Source: an uncultured Eubacteriales bacterium (GTDB taxonomy: Bacteria; Bacillota; Clostridia; Christensenellales; Aristaeellaceae). Taken from it: a stretch of 64,000 nt of DNA. A model generated the notes under the pieces. It saw nothing but the letters and a program-made list of their open reading frames with translations. It was not told the DNA's origin and made no database searches. Shown here in pieces: positions 38,301 through 47,066 of this stretch (position 1 is the stretch's first letter; the number at the start of each line of letters is the position of its first letter). Where the stretch lies: contig CACWUV010000001.1 of NCBI GenBank assembly GCA_902764185.1, forward strand, positions 12,258 to 76,257. Reading direction: 5' to 3'. A program made the position numbers and the translations under genes.

Positions 38301-39256
38301 GCAGCCTGCAATACGGCGGCCACGGCATCCCGCTGATGGCGGGCGGCGACTGGAACGACGGCATGAACCGGGTGGGCGGCGAAAGCGCCTGGCTGGGGTT
38401 CTTTCTGATCATGGCGCTGCGGGATTTCGCGCCGCTGTGCGACGAAAAAACGCGGGATCGGCTGGACCGCCAGCGCATCCATCTGCAAACCGCCATGCAG
38501 GCCGCCTGGACGGAGCGCTGGTTCCTGCGGGCCTGGTACGCCGACGGCCGCACCCTGGGCGCGCCGGACAGCGACGTGCCCCGCATCGACCTGATCAGCC
38601 AGTGCTTCGCGGCCTTTGCGGGCATGCCCCGGGATCAGGTGGGCAAGGCGCTGGACGCCGCCTGGGAAAGCCTGCACCGGGAAAACGGTGTGACGCTGCT
38701 GCTGCATCCGCCCTTTGCGCCGGAGGAAAACGCCGGATACATCGGGGCCTATCCGCCGGGCGTCAGGGAAAACGGCGGCCAATACACCCATGCCGTGCCC
38801 TGGTTCATGCGCGCCCTGCTGCAGCAGGGGCAGACGGAACGGGCCTGGCAGCTGCTGGCCGAAATATTGCCCTACGCCCACAGCGACACCCCGGAAAAGG
38901 CCCGCCATTACCGCGTCGAGCCCTACGTGCTGGCGGCGGACGTCACCCCGGAAGGCCGCGGCGGATGGACCTGGTACACCGGCAGCGCCGGGTGGCTCTA
39001 TCAGGTGATCCTGTGCGACTTCCTGGGCTTTGACCGCCGGGGTGACGCCGTGCGCCTCACCCCGCGCCTGCCCGCCGCCTGGGATCGCTTCACCCTGATC
39101 TATCAGGTGGGCCGCAGCCGCTACCTTCTCACCGCCGCCCGCGACGTGCCCTACATCACCCTGGACGGCGAAAAGCAGGTGGGCGCCTATGTGGCGATCC
39201 GGGACGATGGGATGGAGCATGAGATACGGTTTCCGGTGAATGCATATACTTCTTGA
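32380..39256 (+). pseudogene. Cyclic beta-1,2-glucan synthase-like giant protein (TM + GT84 + alpha-barrel + GH94 phosphorylase-like), frame broken at about 35101-35106
   Basis: ATG 32380 lies 6 nt after GGAGG. ORF 32380..35214 carries TM helices and GT84-like motifs (ITLDADT, RERKRGALE, RWTRGDWQ), then ...YNWYDLRTLAPLPPRVVSS. ORF 34820..39256 (another frame) continues colinearly from ...DTRQPTDAPARLDALCARMELGRLYDKRSRLFHISYD...YDLLASESQLLSF through to GH94-like motifs (DVQHWWHP, GGDWNDGMN, ENGGQYTHA). Confidence 0.75.
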
Positions 39257-39377
39257 TTTTATCGTCTTGCAGCAGTACAATTTATTCGATATATATTTAC
39301 TTAAAATGTAACCGATCTTTACATATTGGTACATATGACAGGATTGCCATATAAAGAAAGAGAGGCGCCAAATTCGT

Positions 39378-40226
39378 ATGGCAGGCAAAGGAAAAGGAAA
39401 GTTTAGAGCTGGTTTGGTTCTGCTGATCTTCTTTTTAGCCGCATTTGCGCAAATTAGCGGTACGCAAGATAGAAGTATTGCCAGACCAAGAAGCGCTTCC
39501 CCGGATAAAAAGGTGGAAACCAGTGCGCCTTGGGCAACGGTATATAAAGCGCCGACCGCCAAGCCAACAGCGCAAGCACAGCGCGCCACGGCAACACCTA
39601 AGCCAACGGTAAAACGCACGGCAACGCCCCGTCCAACCGCAAGACCCACGGCAACGCCTTCGCCGCATACCGTTCCCCCCTGGCTTGCCAGCGCGTCCCT
39701 GCAGCCAGGCGATAACAACGATGCAATACTGCAAGTCAAGCAGCGGATGCAGCAATTAGGCTATTTTCGGCAAGGGGCAGAACTGTCCGGCAACTACAAC
39801 AGCACCATGACCGAACGGGTCATACAGTTTCAGGCTAACAACAATCTCCCGCAGACCGGTAGGATCGACAGCGCCTTCTTGAAGGCGCTATATGGCCCTA
39901 TGCCTGTCACGGGCGGAATGCTGGCAGACAGTACCTCTCAAAGAGCACGGACAGCCAGCGCATCCGGCAGCGGAGGTTCTGCCGGCAAGTCAGGCAGCGG
40001 TTCATCCGCCTCCCAAAAGAAAACCGCTGCATCCAAGGAAGAAAAAGCAAATCCGGCAGCGCTGCCTTCAGGCCGCTATTATGCCAGCAAAAAGTCAAAC
40101 GTGTACCATGTGCGAACCTGCAGATATATCAATCAAATCAATGACAGTAACCTGATCTCATTTTCCTCCAAAGAGGAGGCAATTAGCAAAGGCTATCGCG
40201 CATGCAAGGTGTGCCATCCACGATGA
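39378..40226 (+). CDS. Membrane-anchored protein: Pro/Thr repeats, PG_binding_1-like domain, C-terminal Ada-type Cys/His module
   Basis: TM anchor, TATPKPTVKRTATPRPTARPTATP repeats, VKQRMQQLGYF...ERVIQFQANNNLPQTGRID (peptidoglycan-binding type) and the tail YHVRTCRYI...FSSKEEAISKGYRACKVCHP. Confidence 0.7.
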   Translation: MAGKGKGKFRAGLVLLIFFLAAFAQISGTQDRSIARPRSASPDKKVETSAPWATVYKAPTAKPTAQAQRATATPKPTVKRTATPRPTARPTATPSPHTVPPWLASASLQPGDNNDAILQVKQRMQQLGYFRQGAELSGNYNSTMTERVIQFQANNNLPQTGRIDSAFLKALYGPMPVTGGMLADSTSQRARTASASGSGGSAGKSGSGSSASQKKTAASKEEKANPAALPSGRYYASKKSNVYHVRTCRYINQINDSNLISFSSKEEAISKGYRACKVCHPR

Positions 40227-40345
40227 TTTTATTTGCTAATTGGTGGATAGCGAGCATGCCAAAAACAGAATTCTTTACGGAAAAATGCGTTGGAATAAAA
40301 TGCTGTAATGGTATATAGAAACACAATGGAGCGTTATACAGAAAA

Positions 40346-40444
40346 ATGATTAAAGTCTTAATGGTGTGCCACGGCAATATCTGCCGGAAAGCCCAAAAAG
40401 CGAGGAATTCCAACGGGTTTTGGACGCTGCATAACCGGTTTTGA
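40346..40444 (+). pseudogene. Remnant of a low-molecular-weight protein-tyrosine phosphatase/ArsC-type gene (first ~14 codons conserved)
   Basis: The short ORF MIKVLMVCHGNICRKAQKARNSNGFWTLHNRF* begins with the CX5R(S/T) P-loop context V-C-H-G-N-I-C-R, then diverges and stops. Confidence 0.4.
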
Positions 40445-40507
40445 CACCATTTTTACACCATTTAGCAGAAAACTAACAGATGAAAAGCCTTGATATGACA
40501 ATGAAAC

Positions 40508-40537
40508 CGCCCCGCGCATGGAAACGTGCGTGGGGCG
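40508..40537. terminator. GC-rich hairpin 15 nt after the SWIM gene stop
   Basis: cgccccgcgcatg-gaaa-cgtgcgtggggcg. The T content is modest on both sides. Confidence 0.45.
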
Positions 40538-40551
40538 ATTTTAGCGGGGAG

Positions 40552-41058
40552 CTAATCGAAATATTCCTCTTCTATTTCTCTTTTGCGATCTACATACATA
40601 TCAATAAATCGATTATATTGCCATTCGGGACCTTCATCCAGCAAACGAACAAGCGCTTCCTGCAGTTCTTGTTTGTTCATCCTTTCTATGCATGCCGCCA
40701 GTCGATTATCTTGCTCTTGCGCGATTTGTTCACTTTCCAAACGTATACGGTCTTGTTCTTCTTCGTAAGCAATCACTTCTTTATAATAGTTTTCTGCCTC
40801 CTGTGGAAAGACGGTAAAATACAGCGCGATCATATGCTTGCAGATGATCCTGCGGCCATCAGCAAGCGGACAATTGCAATGGGATTTTCGGGGATGCTCA
40901 ATATCGATCAGCACGTCATAGGGCTGAGCCTGACTTCCGGCAACGCTGCCACGAAACTGCGATTCATTGATAGGCTCAATTGCCTGTACCTTTTTATCCT
41001 GATAGTATTCATATCCGCGCCACAAAGACGCACCGTTGGCCATATTCATCAATCCCAT
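40552..41058 (-). CDS. SWIM zinc-finger protein
   Basis: HCNCPLADGRRIICKHMIALYF matches CxCxnCxH. A coiled-coil-like acidic C-terminus follows. The region is AT-rich. Confidence 0.7.
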   Translation of the reverse strand: MGLMNMANGASLWRGYEYYQDKKVQAIEPINESQFRGSVAGSQAQPYDVLIDIEHPRKSHCNCPLADGRRIICKHMIALYFTVFPQEAENYYKEVIAYEEEQDRIRLESEQIAQEQDNRLAACIERMNKQELQEALVRLLDEGPEWQYNRFIDMYVDRKREIEEEYFD

Positions 41059-41105
41059 AATCTGCCTCCTGCGTGTGGAATGTATGGACTATAGACCAAT
41101 TATTT

Positions 41106-41869
41106 TTATTCTTTCCCCCTGTACCCATACTTTTCCGCGTTCCCCAGCAAATACAGGAGCGCAAAGGCCGGGATGCGGATCAGCTGACGGCCATCCGGGG
41201 TATCGTGGGTGCCGAAATCGTCGGCGCGCTTGGTGACGATGATGGCGGCGCTGGCTTCCTTGCTCAGTTCGATGATCGCGTCGTCGTTGAGGATGGGCGC
41301 CTGCTCGCGGTATTTGACCTCGATCAGGATCTTTTTGATGTTGGGATAATCTACTACGATATCCACTTCTTTATCTTTGGGGCCGCCGCGGGAATAGCCC
41401 ACCCGCGTGGCCTGTTGGTAGTAGAACGCGGCCACATGCTTGTAAACCGCCGTTTCCACCACCTTGTCCAGCTCCTCGGGATCGTATATGGTTTTCAGCC
41501 ATTTGTCCCAGCCGCTGGCGTATTGGATCTCATCAAAGAAATAATAGGCGTCCTGGGTGGGCCACACGTTTTTGTGGTAGCAATCCAGGATGTCGCTGAG
41601 ATTGCTCAGCTTCAGCATGGGGTGATCCAGCGAGATAAAAACGATTCGCTCCGGCGCGACGCCGCGCTGTAGTAGCGTATCGATCATCTGATATTCGATG
41701 ATGGTTCTGCCCACGCGCCGCGTGCCCGTCAGCACTACTGTCCGGCGGATATCCTGCTGATCCAGCCGTTTCATGGCCTCATAATACGCAAATCGGCGGT
41801 TTTTTTGAGCAGCGCAGGCATGACATTTCCCGTCGTCCACCAGGGATTGAAAGCCCGCAATACCTTCAT
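41106..41869 (-). pseudogene. Degraded AAA_14/DUF4143-type ATPase gene
   Basis: The N-terminal piece MKVLRAFNPWWTTGNVMPALLKK (from rc of 41867-41869) is out of frame with ORF 41106..41840. The switch falls at an A7 run (T7 at 41800-41806). Walker A reads GTRRVGRT, with no Lys. The middle of the family architecture appears to be missing before the DUF4143-like ...EVDIVVDY....ILIEVKY. Confidence 0.6.
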
Positions 41870-41901
41870 GATCTGTTCGGGCGTCGTGATGGCCACAGCA
41901 A

Positions 41902-42816
41902 TCACCTCCGATGGGCCCGCTTATACTCCGACGGGGTCATGCCTGTGCGCTGGCGGAAGGCATTGATGAAGGAGGACATACTGTGAAAGCCGCTGGCATC
42001 AAAGGCGAAGGACACGCTTTTGCCCTCCTCCAGCAGCCCTTTGGCGTAGCCGATCTTCTGGTTCAGCAGGTATTCCGACAAATGCATGTTGTAGTACTGG
42101 CGGAAGATCCGGCTGACGTATTCCCGGCTGTAATAGAAATGGCTGGCGATATCGGCCACATTCTGGATAGACTGGAAATGCTGATCCACATATTCCCGCA
42201 GGCTGCGGACACTGCCGGGGATATCGGCAATGCGGCTGCTGTTGACGTCAGAATAATGGGCGGCGAGGAAAAACAATTCCAGGATCAGGCTGTATGCCGT
42301 CAGGACGCTGTCGGTCTGCCAGAAGGCCAGGGTGTATTCCAACTGCTGCAGCAGATAGCGGAATTCCGCCAGCTTCTCGGGGCGGACATGATGGAAGGAG
42401 GGCGCCTCCTGGGCAAAGAAGGCGGGCGGCGCGCCGATGCCCAGATCTGAGAAGAACGAAGGCGAAAAATAAAACACATAGCGCTCATAGAGGCCGGCCT
42501 CCAGCAGGCGGGCCGTGTGCTGGCATCCCGGCGGGATCAGCAGGATATCGTCCGGGTGGGGCAGCATCTCCTGATCCGGGGAAACATAGGAAATGCTGCC
42601 GGTCACAAAAATATCCATTTCATAGAAGCTGTGGCTGTGCAGCTTTTCCGGGAAGCTGCTGGCCTCGTACCGGGTGCGGCGGTGGGAAAACAGCAGATGC
42701 CGGCCCACATAAACATCCTCCCAACCCGAAAAGTTCTTGAACTTTTTCAGGCCGGGCTGCTCCGCGTGATCGGGAAAATAAAACCGGGCGATGTGATCCT
42801 GCTGATAATGTTTCAT
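41902..42816 (-). CDS. AraC family transcriptional regulator (cupin sensor + HTH_18)
   Basis: The C-terminal ...IADIASHFYYSREYVSRIFRQYY...GFHSMSSFINAFRQRTGMTPSEYKR is the AraC HTH pair. Confidence 0.88.
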   Translation of the reverse strand: MKHYQQDHIARFYFPDHAEQPGLKKFKNFSGWEDVYVGRHLLFSHRRTRYEASSFPEKLHSHSFYEMDIFVTGSISYVSPDQEMLPHPDDILLIPPGCQHTARLLEAGLYERYVFYFSPSFFSDLGIGAPPAFFAQEAPSFHHVRPEKLAEFRYLLQQLEYTLAFWQTDSVLTAYSLILELFFLAAHYSDVNSSRIADIPGSVRSLREYVDQHFQSIQNVADIASHFYYSREYVSRIFRQYYNMHLSEYLLNQKIGYAKGLLEEGKSVSFAFDASGFHSMSSFINAFRQRTGMTPSEYKRAHRR

Positions 42817-42873
42817 CTGGGAACCTCTGATTGATCACAAATCCATAAATTATAATGCACAGAAAAGAAAAAA

Positions 42874-44763
42874 TTGCAAAATAATGATGATATAATATTG
42901 ATTATAGATAAATTATCCAATTTGTCAAGAAAGGTTGCGAAAAACGTGAACAGCAAACTGACGCTGATTTCGCATGAAGCAGATATATGCGTGGTGGGAG
43001 GCGGCATCGGCGGCATGTTCTCCGCCATTTCCGCCGCCCGCAATGGCGCAAAGGTGGTTTTGATGCAGGATCGGCCCGTGCTGGGCGGCAACGCCAGCTC
43101 GGAGATCCGCATGTGGATCTCCGGCGCGGGCACCCGGGTGCGGGATCTGCAGGAAACCGGCCTGCTGGAAGAGCTGCTGCTGGACAATATGTACCGCAAT
43201 CCCAAGCGCAATTTTTCCATTTGGGACAGCCTGCTCTATGAAAAGGTGCGCTTTGAGCCCAACATCGAGCTGCTGCTCAATTGCAGCTGCTGCGACGCCG
43301 AAATGGCGGGCAGCCGCATCGTTTCAGTGACGGGGTTCCAGCTGACCACCTATCAATGGCACCAGGTGCGGGCGAAGATCTTCATCGATTGCTCGGGGGA
43401 CAGCATCCTGGCCCCCCTCAGCGGGGCGGAATTCCGCGTGGGCCGGGAGAGCAAGGCGGAATTCAACGAGGAATTCGGTCTGGAGGAGGCGGACGGACAC
43501 ACCATGGGCATGAGCATCCTGCTCCAGGCCCGGGAGACCGATCACCCCGTCTCCTACACCCCGCCCGCCTGGGCCTATACCTTCAAAACCGACGAGGAAA
43601 TGAACTTCAAGCCCCACGACCTGTACCAGATCAACACCAACTTTTACTGGATCGAGCTGGGCGGCATGGAGGACAGCATCGGCGACACCGAAAAGGTGCG
43701 GGACGAGCTGCTCAAAATCGCCTTCGGCGTGTGGGATCACATGAAAAACCAGGGCGACCACGGGGCTGAAAACTGGGAGCTGGAGTGGGTGGGCTTTCTG
43801 CCCGGTAAGCGGGAAAGCCGCCGGTACGTGGGCGACTATGTCCTCAACCAGAACGACGTGGAAAACCATCCCGTTTTCCCCGATACCGTGGCCTACGGCG
43901 GCTGGCAGATCGACAATCACCTGCCCGGCGGCTTCCACATGGGCGGCCATGCAGGCAGCCACCTGCAAAAGCGGCGGCTGTCCGAGCCTTACGGCATCCC
44001 CTATCGCTGCCTGTATTCCAGGAACGTCGAAAACCTGATGTTCGCGGGCCGCAACATCAGCACCACCCATCTGGGGCTGAGCACCAGCCGGGTCATGGGC
44101 ACCGTCGGTGTACTGGGCCAGGCGGCGGGTACAGCGGCGGCCATCGCCGTAAGGAACGGCCTCACGCCCCGGGAGGCGGGGCAGCAGCGGATCAGGGAGA
44201 TCCAGGCCCAGCTGATGGAGGACGATTGCTTCCTGCCCGGCTTCCGCCGCCAAATCCCCGAGGTGAGCAAAAACGCCGTCCTTACCTGCGATTACGGGGA
44301 TTGCTCCGCCTTGCACAATGGCCTGGACCGCCGCATCTGGGGCAACGACAACGGATACTTTGGCAAGACCAACAACGCCATCACCTATACCTTCCAGCAG
44401 TCCACCCGCCTGCGCCAGTTCCGGCTGGTGGTGGACAGCGACCTGAACCGGGAATACGTGGAGGGCAACCCCGACGGACTCAACACCTCCTCCGTGCTGT
44501 TCTACCCCCGCAGCTACAACGGCACCACCTTCGGCTTTCCCCAATGCCTGCTCAAGTCCTTCCGCGTGGAGGCCCTGGACGCCGCGGGGCAATGGCAAAC
44601 CGTATACGAGACCCACGAAAACCACCAGCGGCTGGTGCGCCAGGCCATCGACGTGACCACCACGGCCATCCGCCTCATCCCCCTGTCAACATATCAAAGC
44701 GAAAGGAAATGCACGGATTACGGCAGCTCCACCGCGCACATTTTCGCCTTTGATGTGAAATAA
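42874..44763 (+). CDS. FAD-dependent oxidoreductase, class A paralog 1 (FAD_oxidored-like) with C-terminal beta-sandwich-like domain
   Basis: DICVVGGGIGGMFSAISAARNGAKVVLMQDRPVLGGNASSEIRMW (dinucleotide fold) ...IDCSGDS...NWELEWVGFLPGKRESRRYVGDY...RNISTTHLGLSTSRVMGTVGVLGQAAG. The listed start is TTG 42874. GTG 42946 is an alternative. Confidence 0.75.
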   Translation: MQNNDDIILIIDKLSNLSRKVAKNVNSKLTLISHEADICVVGGGIGGMFSAISAARNGAKVVLMQDRPVLGGNASSEIRMWISGAGTRVRDLQETGLLEELLLDNMYRNPKRNFSIWDSLLYEKVRFEPNIELLLNCSCCDAEMAGSRIVSVTGFQLTTYQWHQVRAKIFIDCSGDSILAPLSGAEFRVGRESKAEFNEEFGLEEADGHTMGMSILLQARETDHPVSYTPPAWAYTFKTDEEMNFKPHDLYQINTNFYWIELGGMEDSIGDTEKVRDELLKIAFGVWDHMKNQGDHGAENWELEWVGFLPGKRESRRYVGDYVLNQNDVENHPVFPDTVAYGGWQIDNHLPGGFHMGGHAGSHLQKRRLSEPYGIPYRCLYSRNVENLMFAGRNISTTHLGLSTSRVMGTVGVLGQAAGTAAAIAVRNGLTPREAGQQRIREIQAQLMEDDCFLPGFRRQIPEVSKNAVLTCDYGDCSALHNGLDRRIWGNDNGYFGKTNNAITYTFQQSTRLRQFRLVVDSDLNREYVEGNPDGLNTSSVLFYPRSYNGTTFGFPQCLLKSFRVEALDAAGQWQTVYETHENHQRLVRQAIDVTTTAIRLIPLSTYQSERKCTDYGSSTAHIFAFDVK

Positions 44764-44793
44764 GAACGTTACAAAAAACAAGGAGGTAACCCA

Positions 44794-46104
44794 ATGAAAA
44801 AGCTGACTGCCATCCTGCTGGCCCTCGTGATGCTGGCAAGCTGCGCCCTGGCCCTGGCCGAAGCGCCGAACACCGAACTGACAGGCGAGATCACCTTCTA
44901 CACCGCCTTTGCCGGCGCCAACGGCACGGACGCCCTGATCGCCCAGTTCAACGAGCTCTACCCCAACGTGAAGGTCAACTACGAAGTGTACAAGAACAGC
45001 TCCGACGGCAACGTGGGCCTGGATACCGCCATCATCGCCGGCGGCCAGGTGGACGTGCTGCTGAGCTTCGGCGTGTCCAACACCGCCAAGCGCTGGCAGA
45101 ACGGCCTGCTGATGGACCTGACCGACCGTCTGGCGGCGGATGGCCTTGACCTGGTGGAAAACTGGGGCACCGACGCCTATCAGTATGAGGGCCGCACCTA
45201 TGTGTTCCCCTCCGGCGGCCTGTCCGTCTACGTGGCCATCAACCTGGACAAGTGGGAAGCTGCCGGTCTGGGCGAGCTGCCCACCGCCTGGACCTGGGAT
45301 GAGTATCTGGCTGCCTGCGAAAAGCTGACTGAGCGCGACGCCGACGGCAAGGTGCTGGTCAACGGCGGCGGCGACTTCAACCAGATCGACTACTGGACCT
45401 ACGCCGTCCGTCAGGCCAAGGGCAAGAACGTATTCTACAACGCCGAAGGTCTGAGCGACTTTGACAATCCCCTGTTTGCCCAGGCGCTGCATCACGAAGT
45501 GGACGCCGCGGCCTCCGGTATCTGGCACTCCAAGGCCGTGTACCAGTCCGACAGCACCCGCTCCCGCAACCTGTTCCTGCAGGGCGAAATCGCCACCACC
45601 ATCGAATCCATCCTGACCCGCTATATCGTGCCCGGCGCCCCCACCTTCCGCATCGGCTATGCTCCCTATCCCACCTTTGAAAAGGATCAGACCAACTACA
45701 TGGCGGGCAGCAACCCCAACTCCTTCATCGCCGTGGCCGCCAACACCCAGTCTCCCGACGCCGCCTATGCCTTCGCCAAATTCGCCGCCACCTACGGCAA
45801 CAAGTACATGTATGCCGCCGGTCACGCCACCACCTGGACGGGCGTGAACCCCGACGAGGTGCTCTCCGTGGTCTTCGGCAGCGAGGAAGAGGCCGCCAAG
45901 TGGGTGGATACCGAGAGCTTCATCCGCTGCGTGGTCGCCGCCGGCGAGCCTGCCTATTCCGAGGATTACATCGTGGCCTACACAGAAATGCAGTCCCTGG
46001 TGGATGAATACACCATGTACGTGCTCAACGGCGAAATGACCGTGGAAGACGCCCTGGCCGAAATGAAGCTGCTGGGCGACGAAGCCATCGAGGACGCCCG
46101 CTGA
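44794..46104 (+). CDS. ABC sugar-binding lipoprotein (CUT1)
   Basis: AAGGAGG RBS, signal peptide plus lipobox MLASC, family-1 SBP pattern. Confidence 0.85.
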   Translation: MKKLTAILLALVMLASCALALAEAPNTELTGEITFYTAFAGANGTDALIAQFNELYPNVKVNYEVYKNSSDGNVGLDTAIIAGGQVDVLLSFGVSNTAKRWQNGLLMDLTDRLAADGLDLVENWGTDAYQYEGRTYVFPSGGLSVYVAINLDKWEAAGLGELPTAWTWDEYLAACEKLTERDADGKVLVNGGGDFNQIDYWTYAVRQAKGKNVFYNAEGLSDFDNPLFAQALHHEVDAAASGIWHSKAVYQSDSTRSRNLFLQGEIATTIESILTRYIVPGAPTFRIGYAPYPTFEKDQTNYMAGSNPNSFIAVAANTQSPDAAYAFAKFAATYGNKYMYAAGHATTWTGVNPDEVLSVVFGSEEEAAKWVDTESFIRCVVAAGEPAYSEDYIVAYTEMQSLVDEYTMYVLNGEMTVEDALAEMKLLGDEAIEDAR

Positions 46105-46127
46105 CCGGAAACAAACCCTGAAATTTC

Positions 46128-46157
46128 GGGCGCATTGCGGGGAACCGCAATGCGCCC
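46128..46157 (+). promoter_or_regulatory. Intra-operon stem-loop after the SBP gene
   Basis: gggcgcattgcgg-ggaa-ccgcaatgcgccc (13-bp stem) with no U-tract. This is the usual position of mRNA-stabilising hairpins in ABC operons. Confidence 0.45.
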
Positions 46158-46177
46158 GCCTCCATGGGGGAAGTACG

Positions 46178-47050
46178 ATGAATAAAAAGCATGAAGCCCT
46201 GGCCGGATGGCTGTTTCTCCTGCCCGCGCTGACCATTTTCGCCGCGCTGGTGGTGCTGCCTGTGATCATGTCCCTGCTTTTGTCCTTTACCGAGTGGAAT
46301 TTCCTCTCGGGTATCCAGGGCATCAGCTGGAAGGGGGTGGCCAACTTCACCCGTCTGTTCACCCGGGATCGAAAATTCATGCTGGCGCTGACCAACACGG
46401 TGTTCTATGCCTTTACCACCGCACCCATCAGCATCGCCATCGGCCTGCTGTTCGCCTTCATGCTCAACGACAAGGTGTACCTGCGCAAGGTGAACCGCAT
46501 GTTCTTCTTCATCCCCTACATTTGCAGCATGGTGGCGCTGGCGGCGGTGTTCCGCTTCCTGTTCCGGGTGGACGGGCCCATCAACGCCGTGGCGGGCGCG
46601 CTGTTTGGCGCCGAGCCCGTTCCCTGGCTCAACCGCACCTCCCTCAACCGTATTCCCGTGGTGTGCGTCATGATCTATGCCGCCACCGGCTACAACCTGA
46701 TCGTGTACATGGCGGCCCTGCAAAACGTGCCCCGGGAGCTGTATGAGGCCGCCATGGTGGATGGCGCGGGCCCCCTGCGCCGGTTCTTCCGCATCACCGT
46801 GCCGCTGATCTCTCCCACCACTTTCTATCTGCTGGTGGTGCGCCTCATCGCCGCCTTCAAGGCCTTCTCCGCCCTGAACATCATGGGCGTGAGCAAAACA
46901 GCCCCCAGCCTGGTGACCGAGATCTACTCCAACGCCTTTGACTCCTACAAGTTTGGCTACGCCAGCGCCGAGGCCTGGGTGCTGGTGGCTGTGATCCTGG
47001 TGATCACCCTGATCCAGATGGTGGGCCAGAAAAAATGGGTGCATTACTGA
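46178..47050 (+). CDS. ABC sugar permease (MalF/UgpA-type)
   Basis: 6 TM. GWLFLLPALTIFAALVVLPVI... N-terminus and an EAA-loop region ...YEAAMVDGAGPLRRFFRITVPL. Confidence 0.88.
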   Translation: MNKKHEALAGWLFLLPALTIFAALVVLPVIMSLLLSFTEWNFLSGIQGISWKGVANFTRLFTRDRKFMLALTNTVFYAFTTAPISIAIGLLFAFMLNDKVYLRKVNRMFFFIPYICSMVALAAVFRFLFRVDGPINAVAGALFGAEPVPWLNRTSLNRIPVVCVMIYAATGYNLIVYMAALQNVPRELYEAAMVDGAGPLRRFFRITVPLISPTTFYLLVVRLIAAFKAFSALNIMGVSKTAPSLVTEIYSNAFDSYKFGYASAEAWVLVAVILVITLIQMVGQKKWVHY

Positions 47051-47066
47051 GAGAGGAGGCAATGCC

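Noticed and set aside
40480-41094. 204-aa plus-strand ORF overlapping the SWIM gene, and 41073..41672 overlapping the ATPase remnant.
   Set aside because: The minus-strand frames carry the SWIM CxCxnCxH motif and the AAA_14/DUF4143 motifs. The plus-strand translations have none.
40552-41869. SWIM protein plus AAA ATPase as a two-gene defence or anti-phage module.
   Set aside because: The ATPase is frame-shifted, lacks the Walker A lysine and seems internally deleted. There is no nuclease or effector domain nearby. The evidence is too thin.
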